A stretch of 64,000 nt of DNA from a virus. Positions 29,134-38,571 of the stretch are shown piece by piece (the first letter of the stretch is position 1; each line of letters begins with the position of its first letter). The notes below the pieces were generated by a model. That model made no database searches, was not told where the DNA came from, and saw only the letters and a list, made by a program, of their open reading frames with translations. The stretch covers positions 64,001 through 128,000 of IMG/VR virus record IMGVR_UViG_3300032770_000005; one strand, written 5' to 3'. A program made the position numbers and the translations under genes.

Positions 29134-30454
29134 GGACGCGCAGCTGCAACTCGTGGGCGATGCCCTCCTCCGGTTCGCGGCGGAGTTCCCTGGTCGCGTC
29201 TTCACGAACGCGTACACATGGGTCTGGGGCGCCGGCAGATACGTCTCCATCCATGGCGCGCTCGTGGGCAGCGCACGCAAGGTCGCCGCCTACTTCGGTC
29301 ACATGGCGACCATGAACGAGGAGCACGAGTTCGGCATGAGCGGCCAGGTGCTCGATCACATCGCTCGCCGCGTGTTCGGCGCCGACGCCGACATCTTCCG
29401 GTACGAGCGCCGTGTGCACCTAGCAGAGTTCCTCCAGCGCCTGGCGAACCTGATGCCGGAGGAGGCGACGCTGACCTTCATCCCCGACGGCGGCTACCCG
29501 TGGCCCGTCGATCGGTACTGGAACGCACGGCTTGAGCGGTTCGTGCGGCCCAAGGAGCCCGCGGGGCTGATCCACGTGCCGTCGCGCGAAAACCCGACCA
29601 AGACCGAGCTGGGGCTCGATCCGTGCACGGTGTTCGAGGCAGATCGCGATACGCCGGTCTCTCCGTACGACCCGGTGATGGGCAGCCTTGGCGGCGATCC
29701 TCTCATGGCCGCGCACTCGATGGACCTCCACGAAGGGCCCACCATGGCCAACGCACCGAAGATTCGGCAATGCGGTGGTCTGCTGTTCCCGTCGCTCTCG
29801 GTCGGTCCGGTCCCGGCCTCGAACTTCGGCCACGCATGCCTCGTGGCTCGCCTCAGCCTGGTGCTCGACGGCCTCAAGCCCTACCGCAAGCGCGGGACTG
29901 AAGAGCAGGTCTGGATCTACCCGACCGACGTGTGGACTGGCACCGTGACGCAGTTCATGACCTCGATGGCCAGCGACCTGTTCGACGAGCTGCACGGTCA
30001 CGCCGACTACGTCTACGGGCATGGCCTGACGGTGCTGGGGATCCCGGCGGTCGAGTACGGCGGTCCTTCCGGCGGTGCGGAGGCGTTCGACTCGACGAGC
30101 CAGCTCAAGCGGACCCTCAAGAAGCGCATGGTGCGATGGATGCGGGTCTGCAACGAGCGCGAGTTCGAGGAACTGGCGCACGAACTCGGCGGCACGGGGG
30201 CGTACTACGCCTACTGCGAGGCGAAGGGGCGAACGGTCGTCTCGCTGAGCGAGTTCCCGTACCTGATCGTACCGGACTGGATGCGCGACAAGGCGGAGCA
30301 CTGGGCGCAAGCGGCGGGGTTCGAGGGGCAGATCGTAGCGCCGCAGTGGCCGTACACGCTCGACAGGGGCGGCGGAAGCTGGGACATGTGGCAGTGGGCT
30401 CTGAAGGTGAGCGAGACCGTCGCCGGTCTACGCCCGGTCGTGGAGGTGCGCTGA
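29114..30454 (+). CDS. hypothetical protein with internal RENP motif
   Basis: LMAAHS...GGLLFPSLSV...YCEAK; family not certain. Confidence 0.65.
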   Translation: MSKTETEDAQLQLVGDALLRFAAEFPGRVFTNAYTWVWGAGRYVSIHGALVGSARKVAAYFGHMATMNEEHEFGMSGQVLDHIARRVFGADADIFRYERRVHLAEFLQRLANLMPEEATLTFIPDGGYPWPVDRYWNARLERFVRPKEPAGLIHVPSRENPTKTELGLDPCTVFEADRDTPVSPYDPVMGSLGGDPLMAAHSMDLHEGPTMANAPKIRQCGGLLFPSLSVGPVPASNFGHACLVARLSLVLDGLKPYRKRGTEEQVWIYPTDVWTGTVTQFMTSMASDLFDELHGHADYVYGHGLTVLGIPAVEYGGPSGGAEAFDSTSQLKRTLKKRMVRWMRVCNEREFEELAHELGGTGAYYAYCEAKGRTVVSLSEFPYLIVPDWMRDKAEHWAQAAGFEGQIVAPQWPYTLDRGGGSWDMWQWALKVSETVAGLRPVVEVR

Positions 30455-31890
30455 TGTTGCTGCAAGACGCTACGTCGGAACGGGAGGTCGAGGAAGTGCT
30501 GGCCGGCGCGCGTGGCGACGAGGAAGCCGCCGAGCTGCGGACCGACATCGAGACCGAGCTGGACTACGCCATGCGGCGGTTCGACGAGCACTTCTACAAG
30601 TACGTCGAGCCATCTGAGCCGACGGAGCTGCGGGACTTCGTGCAAGACAACGATGGATTCATCGACGAGCTAATCAGCGACAGCGCGCAGACCACGTACG
30701 ACCTATCGATCGTCCCGCGTGAGGACGTGGTCACCGCGGTGCGCTGGGAGGTGACGTCGCGACGGTCCTCATACAAGCATAGGTTTGGGATCTTCGAGTT
30801 GGGCGAGCCGCGAGACGTCGACGCATCGGGCTTCAGCTACGACATGCCCACCGAAGCGAACGTCGTCTTTCCCGACAGGCTCCTGCCGACCAACTACGAG
30901 TTCGTGCCACGCGAGATGGCGACGGAGTTCTGGAAGGGCATTGCGCATGACCACGACATCGAGTGGTACGGCGACACGGACCGGTTGGGTGACAACCAGG
31001 GCTCGATGCCGGGCGAGCCGCTCCGTATCGGCGTCGCGGAAGATCGCTTCGAGGAGTGGTGCCGCGACCTGATCGCCGAGCACGCGAACAAGATCGCAGA
31101 GCAGCATCCGGACCAGCTCATCGAGATGTTCTGGACTCGGCTCCGTCAATCCGATGTCCGGATGGCAGCCGAGTTCAAGGCGATGCAGCCGCGGCGGGAG
31201 GACGTGCTCGACCTGGCCGTGCAGTGGATCAGCGGCAACCACGACGATGTCGCCGAGGAGATCGCGCAGTACCTCGACTCGGCCAAGGAGCGCGGGGAGG
31301 CAGAGAAAGCGGAGTACGAGCCCGTCGACTCGCTCCTGACCGGCGAGCCCATCGTGCTCAACGACGACGTGCTGCGGCAGCTGGGCGTCACGAGCGGCGT
31401 GTTCTGGGAGGAGCGCCCGTGGCACCTCGTGAGGCTCGAAGCGCGTGACCTAGGTCGCGAGGGCCGGCAGATGCGGCACTGCGTCGGCGACAAGGGCATG
31501 GGCTACATCCGTGCGCTCAACAACGGCGAGATCGAAGTCTGGTCTCTGCGCTCCCGCGACGACAAGCCGCGGTTCACGCTCCAGGTCGACGCGTCGTTCT
31601 TCGCGAAGGGCGCGACGCCAGAGACGCGCGGCAAGGCGATCCAACAGGTCAAGGGCAAGGCGAACCGGGTGCCGGGCTATGCCGACGCGTACGGCCGCTC
31701 GGGGAACGTGAAGTTCCCGGAGGAGATCGTCATCTGGAGCTGGATCTTCGAGCAGCTCATGGTCGATCCGCTCGTCGTCGAAGACTTCAAGGGCTACAAG
31801 GCGCTTCCCTCGCGTGCTACGCCGCTCGCGTCGAACATGACTGGCCAGCAGTGCGTGGGCTTCGATCTGCCGTACCGACCGCTGCGATGA
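30454..31890 (+). CDS. PcfJ-like domain protein
   Basis: LGREGRQMRHCVG, VWSLR, PRFTLQV, QVKGKAN. Confidence 0.75.
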   Translation: MLLQDATSEREVEEVLAGARGDEEAAELRTDIETELDYAMRRFDEHFYKYVEPSEPTELRDFVQDNDGFIDELISDSAQTTYDLSIVPREDVVTAVRWEVTSRRSSYKHRFGIFELGEPRDVDASGFSYDMPTEANVVFPDRLLPTNYEFVPREMATEFWKGIAHDHDIEWYGDTDRLGDNQGSMPGEPLRIGVAEDRFEEWCRDLIAEHANKIAEQHPDQLIEMFWTRLRQSDVRMAAEFKAMQPRREDVLDLAVQWISGNHDDVAEEIAQYLDSAKERGEAEKAEYEPVDSLLTGEPIVLNDDVLRQLGVTSGVFWEERPWHLVRLEARDLGREGRQMRHCVGDKGMGYIRALNNGEIEVWSLRSRDDKPRFTLQVDASFFAKGATPETRGKAIQQVKGKANRVPGYADAYGRSGNVKFPEEIVIWSWIFEQLMVDPLVVEDFKGYKALPSRATPLASNMTGQQCVGFDLPYRPLR

Positions 31891-31925
31891 CGGCCGTTGG
31901 CATGTGAGCAGTGCAGGTGCTATCG

Positions 31926-32232
31926 CAGCATGCGCCAGCGCGAGGGCCTGGTGCTCGCGACCAGGCCTGAAGAGCCCTGCGGTCACGAAGCCTGCGCAGG
32001 GGTCTCATGCCTGCGACGAGGAGTGCCATGCCATCCATCATCTGCGGGACCTGCTTCTGGTTGCAGGGCCAGCGCGGGGGTCTCATACCTGCAACGAGAG
32101 CATCGAACGATGGAACGCTCGGAGGCGTGAACGTCCGAGGCCGGCGCGAGGGCCTGGTGCCTGCGACCTGTTCTTCCGCTGGTGGAGAACCGCATCGTCG
32201 CGAGCACCAAGCCCCCGCGCCGGCCTTTCGAC
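31926..32232. CRISPR. CRISPR-like mini-array, 4 forward repeats and 1 inverted repeat at a strand-convergence point
   Basis: Forward at 31926, 31982, 32060, 32132; reverse at 32197. Confidence 0.8.
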
Positions 32233-32253
32233 CGAAGTACCCGAGAGCACGGC

Positions 32254-33027
32254 TCAGCGCGTCATGACCTCTGCGGTCTTGGCCAACGCGCCGTCGATGT
32301 CGTCGAGCAGCTTCGCGAGGTGCTCTCGTTTCGACCGCAGGGCGCGTAGCTCCGCATCAACCCGACCATCCGCCGCCAACAGCGCCAGGGCACGGCGCAC
32401 GCTGTACGGTTCGTACATGAGCGTCGCGGGCTCGACGTCGAGCGCCAGCGCCAGCGCATCGAACGCATCGGCCTTCCTGAGCCGCTCTTGGACCTCAGCC
32501 ATCTTCACGCGTACTCGCGCTTCGATCTCCGCTTCTCGCCGACGCGCCTCCTCCTCATCGATCTCCGCCTGCGGCCGCGGCTGGTGCGCTTGCTCCAGGG
32601 CGCGGCGCAAGAGGTTGATGACGATCTCCCGCGGCAGCGGCTCGGCCTTTCGTTTCGCCGCCTGCACCGTGACCTTCAGGCCGCGAGGGCCGAGCACCAT
32701 GAGCCCCCAGCCATCGGGCAGCTCGTCGCGGCGCACGACCTCGTCGCTGCCGGCTACGATCCACCAGCGCTCGCAGTAGATGGCCATCGCCTCGGCTTTA
32801 GCGGGGTCCGCCAGCTCGCGCAGCCAGTCGCTCCGGCTCGCCTTGATCTCGAACCCCTGCATCCCGTGCCCACGGCTCTTCCAGATGCCGAGCGCGACCG
32901 CGTCGCAGCTGCGCGTCGCGTAGAAGCTGGTCCGGTCACGCACCTCTTCCAGGAAGGCCCAGCTCGGCCACGAGTACTTCTTCCGTAGCGCGTCGACGAT
33001 CGGCGAGTTGCTGATGTAGTACTTCAT
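32254..33027 (-). CDS. MmcB-like PD-(D/E)xK nuclease-fold protein
   Basis: CDAVAL...GFEIKASRSDWLREL...ELPDGWGL. Confidence 0.8.
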   Translation of the reverse strand: MKYYISNSPIVDALRKKYSWPSWAFLEEVRDRTSFYATRSCDAVALGIWKSRGHGMQGFEIKASRSDWLRELADPAKAEAMAIYCERWWIVAGSDEVVRRDELPDGWGLMVLGPRGLKVTVQAAKRKAEPLPREIVINLLRRALEQAHQPRPQAEIDEEEARRREAEIEARVRVKMAEVQERLRKADAFDALALALDVEPATLMYEPYSVRRALALLAADGRVDAELRALRSKREHLAKLLDDIDGALAKTAEVMTR

Positions 33028-33039
33028 GAGCCAGTCCGG

Positions 33040-33300
33040 CTAGTGCCCAACGGCAAGCAACCAGCCCCATCCGGCCACGTAGAGTCTCGTGCCCGAGTAG
33101 AGCACGACCTCGTACCACTCGTAGTCGAGGTGGCCTTGAGGATGTGGGCCACAATCCGCACGCTCGATGCGACCGAGCTGTCCCGCGTACGGACCGCAAG
33201 CAACACGCACCACATCGCCTGTCCGAAACGATGCCCCGGTATCCGCCGGTCCGAGCAGCTCTCCTGGATCGTACAGATCGAACATCGTCGTAGTGATCAT
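33040..33300 (-). CDS. small KOW/SH3-like protein
   Basis: FRTGDVVRVACGPYAGQLGRI. Confidence 0.6.
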   Translation of the reverse strand: MITTTMFDLYDPGELLGPADTGASFRTGDVVRVACGPYAGQLGRIERADCGPHPQGHLDYEWYEVVLYSGTRLYVAGWGWLLAVGH

Positions 33301-33304
33301 GCCG

Positions 33305-33637
33305 TCACCGCTCGCAGACTTGACGATCTAGAGCCGCACCTACAGCCGCTCGAAGCGCACGACATGCCTCTTCCAAGGCGCTGGTGTTGGCGTCGCGGTC
33401 GTCATCGCCGGTCGTAAACCAAGCCATGGCGGCTCGAACGACCGCGCGCTCCGCATCGGCCACGCTCAGCAACGGAATGTGCTCGACCCAGCTGACGTGA
33501 TGAACACGGTAGAGCCTTCCCAGGGCAAGACCTCGCCACTCGATCTCGACCTCGTCTCCCCGCACGGCCACGACCGTGCCCGTGTAGGACTTCTGCCCCA
33601 CGTCGCGAACGTCGTCACCGACCTTGAACTGTGTCAT
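33305..33637 (-). CDS. hypothetical SH3-like protein
   Basis: FKVGDDV...GTVVAV. Confidence 0.6.
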   Translation of the reverse strand: MTQFKVGDDVRDVGQKSYTGTVVAVRGDEVEIEWRGLALGRLYRVHHVSWVEHIPLLSVADAERAVVRAAMAWFTTGDDDRDANTSALEEACRALRAAVGAALDRQVCER

Positions 33638-33650
33638 CTGCCGGCCCCTT

Positions 33651-33917
33651 CTACTTGGTGCCGCGCTGGATGGCGACGAGCGCAGCCGCCTTGATGCTCT
33701 TGAGCTGCTCGCGCTGCATGAGGCGCACGAGCGCGGCGTAGGTCGCGGCATCGACCTGCACGCCGATGGTCTTCACGGTACCGACGGCGGGCACCTGGCC
33801 CTTCGGCGTCGATGGCTGACGAGCGGGAGCGTGGGTCTCTTCCATGGGCGACTCCTTGAGCGCGGCACGCTCGGCTTGCAGTTGGGCGAGGTGACGTTGG
33901 ATCTGTTCGAGCAGCAT
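33651..33917 (-). CDS. small protein with RHH-like C-terminus
   Basis: KTIGVQVDAATYAALVRLM. Confidence 0.55.
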   Translation of the reverse strand: MLLEQIQRHLAQLQAERAALKESPMEETHAPARQPSTPKGQVPAVGTVKTIGVQVDAATYAALVRLMQREQLKSIKAAALVAIQRGTK

Positions 33918-33919
33918 GG

Positions 33920-34210
33920 TCAGACAGGCGTCCGGCGAGTCACAGCAGCTTCACCAGCCTCTGCCGGAAGCTCCGTGGCGAGTGTCACCACCTGCCAGTC
34001 TTCCGCCAGATAGTCTTCGGGCTTGAAGGCGCTGCGACACGTCACAGAGACCCATGCCCACTTGGTCCATGGGCTCCGCCCCTGCGAGCGAAAGAAGAAC
34101 CCGCGCTCGTCGTAGCCGAACGCGTCGAGGCGCTTGAACGTGTTGTCCATCCCCGAACGGTTCACCAGCTTGCCCGCGAGCATCTCTCGGACTGCTTCGA
34201 CAAAGGTCAT
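33920..34210 (-). CDS. second Tad2/DUF2829-like protein
   Basis: MTFVEAVREMLAGKLVNR...EDYLAEDWQVV. Confidence 0.7.
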   Translation of the reverse strand: MTFVEAVREMLAGKLVNRSGMDNTFKRLDAFGYDERGFFFRSQGRSPWTKWAWVSVTCRSAFKPEDYLAEDWQVVTLATELPAEAGEAAVTRRTPV

Positions 34211-35049
34211 GGACCTGCCCCCATGCGCACGATGCCTGGCGCAGGCGCTCGGAAATCGCCGATGGGCACCTCGCAGTGCAGAGGCAGCGCGAGCTGGCGC
34301 GACAAGTGCGCGCTCTCCCGCCCCGCATCGAGACGCTGCCACAGCTTTTGACCGAAGACCTCGCTCACCGCGGTCTCACCGCGCAGATAGATGTCGTCGA
34401 ACGAATCGAAGTGCTGGAGCAGCTTGACCGCGGTGTGGTGGCCGATGCCTGGCACGCCCGGAATGCCGTCGCTGCTGTCGCCGACCAGCGCAAGGTAGTC
34501 GACGACGTGATGAGCCGATACGCCCAGGCGCTCACGGCAGACCCGGTTGTTGACCAGGCGCTTCATGGCCGGGTCATAGACGCCGCGCACGCCGTGCACG
34601 CCGATCCACTGCCAGAGGTCCTGGTCGATGCTCACGATGAGCTTCGGCACGTCGCGCAGGTCGTGGTGGCACACGTAGGCGCCGATGATGTCGTCCGCCT
34701 CGTACCCGTCGATGCGCACGACGGACACGTCGAGGTCCGCCAGCGTCTCGTAGAACCGCGGCGCCTGACGCGCGAAGACCGGCAGGTGAGCCTTGCGCCC
34801 CGCCTTGTAGCCGTCCCAGACCTCGCACCGCTTCAGCGGCGCGAACGAGTCGCCGACGACCACCATGCGCGTGGTGCGGAGGTCATCCATCGTCCGCGCC
34901 AGCATCACCCGAGCGTGCTCGATGAAGCGCGTGTTGTCAGGATCGACCGTCGGCGCTCGCGCGCCGTAGCAGGCGTACATCGCACGATGCAAGAACGAAG
35001 CGACGTCGACCAGATGCAGTTCGTCGGGCACGTGTAGCTCGTCGGACAC
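34207..35049 (-). CDS. 5'-3' exonuclease/flap endonuclease (Pol I N-terminal-like)
   Basis: YKAGR, GYEADDIIG, SIDQDL, LVGDSSDGIPGVPGIG. Confidence 0.92.
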   Translation of the reverse strand: MSDELHVPDELHLVDVASFLHRAMYACYGARAPTVDPDNTRFIEHARVMLARTMDDLRTTRMVVVGDSFAPLKRCEVWDGYKAGRKAHLPVFARQAPRFYETLADLDVSVVRIDGYEADDIIGAYVCHHDLRDVPKLIVSIDQDLWQWIGVHGVRGVYDPAMKRLVNNRVCRERLGVSAHHVVDYLALVGDSSDGIPGVPGIGHHTAVKLLQHFDSFDDIYLRGETAVSEVFGQKLWQRLDAGRESAHLSRQLALPLHCEVPIGDFRAPAPGIVRMGAGP

Positions 35050-35057
35050 GGAGTCTC

Positions 35058-35927
35058 CTACTGCCCGACCGGAGCCGGCGGAAAGAGCGCCGGCCAGCGT
35101 GCACGTGCGACCTCCTGCCACTTCCGTGCGAGGCGCTGGAACTCCCCATCCGCCGCCGGCGAGCACCGCTCCGCGAACAGCTTGTTGAGCGCGATGGGAT
35201 TGGTCGTCCACAGGAACGACGTGCACGCCTGCATCGGCAGAAGGCCCGCCGCGGCCTCGTAGATGCGCTTGCGCTCGATGCCCACGGGAGATCGACCATG
35301 GGCCTCGAAGAACGCCGTCGTCCTGCCCGTGATGAAGCGGCGGTACGCGTCGTAGAAGGCCTGACAGTGCTTCTCGTACGGGTCGAGCAGGTCGTGCTCG
35401 ACGTAGTAGGGCGGCACCGCGAAGTGGCCCGGATGGAACGTGTAGCGGGTGCTCTCCTGACTCGGCGAGCCCTCCTCGGTGCGGTCCGCGCCCACGTAGT
35501 GGCGGATCAGCTCGTGACTGACCCGCCGGCTCACGCCCGCGATGAAGAAGGTCATCTTCGCGTGGTAGGCCGTGCTCGCATGAGGCAGGGACCCCGCCTC
35601 GGCGGGAAAGAGCATGTGCCGCACGTACTCGACGTTCGACTTGCGGCCAGCCCGCAGACCGTAGCTGTGGTAACAGCTGCGGCCCGCCAGCTCGACGAGC
35701 AGTTCGTTGTCGGTCAGCGCCCGGGCGGCTTCCTTCCCTCCGTGCGGGAACAGCGCCATCGCGCGGTCTTCCGCGTCGGCGGGCAGGTCCGTAGGCACGC
35801 ACTCGGGCCGGTAGTCGCGAACCCAGTCGAGCAGCTGGTTCATGCCCTCGGTGTCGAGGGCCATGGACGCCACGACGAGCACCGTCGGCTCGGTGATGAG
35901 CCGTACGGCGCCCTCCTTCTCCGCCAC
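35058..35927 (-). CDS. thyX: FAD-dependent thymidylate synthase
   Basis: AGRSCY, SRRVSHELIRH, SQESTRY. Confidence 0.92.
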   Translation of the reverse strand: MAEKEGAVRLITEPTVLVVASMALDTEGMNQLLDWVRDYRPECVPTDLPADAEDRAMALFPHGGKEAARALTDNELLVELAGRSCYHSYGLRAGRKSNVEYVRHMLFPAEAGSLPHASTAYHAKMTFFIAGVSRRVSHELIRHYVGADRTEEGSPSQESTRYTFHPGHFAVPPYYVEHDLLDPYEKHCQAFYDAYRRFITGRTTAFFEAHGRSPVGIERKRIYEAAAGLLPMQACTSFLWTTNPIALNKLFAERCSPAADGEFQRLARKWQEVARARWPALFPPAPVGQ

Positions 35928-35931
35928 GGGC

Positions 35932-36330
35932 TCAGCCCTTCGGATAGTACTTGGTGGCCCGCTTGACGCCCTTCTTGCCGATCGTCTTGCTGCGGAGCAG
36001 CTTCGCGATCGGCAACGTCAGGTCCTTCGTCGGCATCGCGAGGCCCGTGCCGATGGCCTCGATGCTGGAGCCCGGATGCGCCTTCACGAACGCCGCGACC
36101 TTGCTGACCGTCGCCGCGATGACCTTCGGGTCCCGCTTCTGCCCGAACGACGACGACTGAGCGCGGGCCTGGACGTGGGCCTTGCCGTTCGTGCCGTTCG
36201 CGTGCTTCGGTGCGCTCGCGCTCACGCCGCCGAGGCCCTGGGCCACTGCGTTGAGCACCTGATCGCGGATGAGCGCCTCCAGTTCGTTCACGAACTCGTC
36301 GAGCTTCTGCTTGATGTTCATCGACTCCAT
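35932..36330 (-). CDS. basic DNA-binding protein of myxobacterial type, winged-helix C-terminus
   Basis: KRDP...FVKAHPG..IEAI...LPIAKL...KGVKRATKYY; AAGGAG RBS. Confidence 0.75.
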   Translation of the reverse strand: MESMNIKQKLDEFVNELEALIRDQVLNAVAQGLGGVSASAPKHANGTNGKAHVQARAQSSSFGQKRDPKVIAATVSKVAAFVKAHPGSSIEAIGTGLAMPTKDLTLPIAKLLRSKTIGKKGVKRATKYYPKG

Positions 36331-36370
36331 GATGTGTCTCTCCTTGACGCGCCCCGGCGCGGAAGGTGTG

Positions 36371-36399
36371 ACTGTATGGCTGCTTGACTCAGAACGCAA
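36371..36399 (-). promoter_or_regulatory. sigma70-like promoter
   Basis: TTGCGT-17 nt-TACAGT upstream of the DNA-binding gene. Confidence 0.55.
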
Positions 36400-36489
36400 G
36401 GCTCAAGAGGCGAAAAACACGCCAACAGGTCGACGACGATGTCACGGTCTTTCAAGGCGCCGCGCAGCCTCTCCCGCCATCGGGCACTC

Positions 36490-36525
36490 GTCGCAGGCAC
36501 CAAGCCCACGCGCTGGCCTTGGCGA
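36490..36525 (-). repeat. solitary CRISPR-type repeat
   Basis: GTCGCAGGCACCAAGCCCACGCGCTGGCCT on the + strand. Confidence 0.75.
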
Positions 36526-36591
36526 ACAACACGACCCCTGATCTTCGGTCACCTCGGCGCGGTCTTCCAAGGCGCCGCACGGCCTCTTCTC

Positions 36592-37110
36592 CTATGCGCG
36601 GTAGCGGCGTGTGCCGCCTTGGAGCAGCTGCTGCAACGCAGGATCGTCCGAACGGGCGATGATCTTGCGCTCACGCGCATCCCGGTTGCGCTTCATGCGA
36701 CCGCAGATACCGGCCCGGAGATCGCCCACCGCCTCACGCGCACGGACCGTCGCCTCTGACGTGATCACGACCTCGTCGGCCGGCGGTCGGTTCGCCATCT
36801 TCGTGAAGTCGTCGACATCGACCAGCGTGAGGATGCACGGCGAGAACGCATACGAGACCACCCAGGTGCGCGCATGGTTCCTCAGTGGCAACGCATTCGC
36901 GTCGCCGTAGACGGAGCCCTGGCCCTCGTGCGGCCCAAGCGCCTCGGCGAGCCAGGCCATCTCGGCGACGACCTGCTCTTCGCCACACGCCCGAAGGCTC
37001 ACGAGCACGATGGTGCCGTGCTCGAAGAGCCACCACCGTACATTGGCCGCGCGACTCGGTGCGGCGCTGAAGACCTCCTGCGCGATCGAGATCGCCTTGC
37101 TGCTGTCCAT
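36592..37110 (-). CDS. hypothetical protein
   Basis: GAGGAGA RBS; WWLFEHGTIV. Confidence 0.7.
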   Translation of the reverse strand: MDSSKAISIAQEVFSAAPSRAANVRWWLFEHGTIVLVSLRACGEEQVVAEMAWLAEALGPHEGQGSVYGDANALPLRNHARTWVVSYAFSPCILTLVDVDDFTKMANRPPADEVVITSEATVRAREAVGDLRAGICGRMKRNRDARERKIIARSDDPALQQLLQGGTRRYRA

Positions 37111-37137
37111 GTGTTGTCTCTCCTCGAACTCGGAAGA

Positions 37138-37671
37138 CTAGCGATCGATCAACCAGTACCGTTCGCGTAGGCGCGGCGGCGTCTGACCTCGGGGCAGCTC
37201 GCGCGCTTCGTCCCATGTCCAGCCGCGAGCCACGCGCGCATGGATGCCCTGCCGCGTCAGCGTCGTCTTCACGACGGCTTGCTGCGGCGCGAGGGCGCGG
37301 CTAGCGCGGTCGTTCTTGACGCAGGTCACGCAGCCCTGAAGACCCGTGCGGCGCCGTCGTCGCAGGTAGCGCATCGACGCGGTGATCTCGGCACCGCACT
37401 TCATGCAGCGCGCGACCACGATGCGGCTACGCTGAGCGAAGTCGTCGGTGTCGCGTAAGATCTGCCAGCCGTTGTGCTGCTCGCCTGCGTAGCGCCGCCG
37501 AGCCCTCGGGCCTGATGCCGCGCAGCTGGCGCATCGCTTCGTCATGTGCGAGCGCAGGTTGCCGCGCACGACGAGCGTCTCACGGCCGCAGCTGCACCGG
37601 CAGAGCGCTCGGGCGCCCGAGGCGTACGGCTGTAACACCGTCCACTGGCCGTACCGCTCGCCCGCGAGCAC
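37138..37671 (-). CDS. Cys-rich protein with modules typical of HNH/AP2 homing-endonuclease N-termini
   Basis: GERYGQWTVL..CRCSCG...NLRS..CASC, present twice; RVARGWTWDEA. Confidence 0.6.
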   Translation of the reverse strand: MLAGERYGQWTVLQPYASGARALCRCSCGRETLVVRGNLRSHMTKRCASCAASGPRARRRYAGEQHNGWQILRDTDDFAQRSRIVVARCMKCGAEITASMRYLRRRRRTGLQGCVTCVKNDRASRALAPQQAVVKTTLTRQGIHARVARGWTWDEARELPRGQTPPRLRERYWLIDR

Positions 37672-37672
37672 G

Positions 37673-37963
37673 TCAGACCGCGCCGTCGACGCCGTAGCCG
37701 TACGGCGTCTTGATCCAACCGTCGTCGCCGTCGAGAACGGCGTACACGACGACCCGCCGCTCGCTGTCGCGCTCCCAGGCCTGCGCGTGACCATCTTGGC
37801 GCCGCACGACGACACGGGGCACGCGCAGCTTGTTCAGTGCGTACTGGGCCGCGGCTTCCTCGGTCGCAGCGGTCACGAGCAGCACGCTACCGCGCGAGCC
37901 CCACGGCGTGGCCTGCCAGGTCGCATGACCCACGCGACTGACCTTCACTCCTCGACGAGCCAT
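37673..37963 (-). CDS. hypothetical protein
   Basis: RBS; within the minus-strand operon. Confidence 0.55.
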   Translation of the reverse strand: MARRGVKVSRVGHATWQATPWGSRGSVLLVTAATEEAAAQYALNKLRVPRVVVRRQDGHAQAWERDSERRVVVYAVLDGDDGWIKTPYGYGVDGAV

Positions 37964-37981
37964 ACGCGTCTCCCTCTTTCC

Positions 37982-38569
37982 TCACCACTTCGAGAACGAC
38001 TCGAAGGGCTGATCGCGGTGCACGTACAGCGGATGCCGAGGGGCGCCACTGTGCACGCGCCCAAGGCAGAGCACGGGCACGCTGCCGGCTACCAAGCGAC
38101 GGTGCACGTCGCGCTCGTGCTCGTGGCCGAAGCTCGGCCCGCTCGCGCCCCACGCGCAGACGATCGCGTGCACAGACGGGTCGTGCAGCACGAGGGTGAA
38201 CTGCGCGTCGTTCTTGGGGCCGACGACGCGTGAGATCCAGTCGATTCGATCGAGCTGGCTCCGCTCGACGGTGTGGTGCGGCTCGGGCGGCGGCGAGCGC
38301 AGGGCGGTCGGCGATGGCGAGCGCAGGGCGTAGAGGTTCAGGACGATCAGCCCGCCGCAGCCCTCGCGCTTGGAGAAGCCGATGCAGCGACGGATCGTAG
38401 GATCGTCGGTCTCCGCGTCCGCCGTGCTCGGGTTCAGCATCACCCACACGAGCACCTTCGCGGCAGGCGCCCACATACGCCAGAGGCGATAGCGGTACTC
38501 GCCGTCGATGATGGCGCCGGAGAGCGGCGGCGGCACGGTGGGCGCTGGCTCGGTGACATCGAGGCCCAT
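37982..38569 (-). CDS. DUF1643 family protein
   Basis: YRYRLWR, MLNPSTAD..DDPTIRRC, AWG, PRHPLY. Confidence 0.92.
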   Translation of the reverse strand: MGLDVTEPAPTVPPPLSGAIIDGEYRYRLWRMWAPAAKVLVWVMLNPSTADAETDDPTIRRCIGFSKREGCGGLIVLNLYALRSPSPTALRSPPPEPHHTVERSQLDRIDWISRVVGPKNDAQFTLVLHDPSVHAIVCAWGASGPSFGHEHERDVHRRLVAGSVPVLCLGRVHSGAPRHPLYVHRDQPFESFSKW

Positions 38570-38571
38570 CG

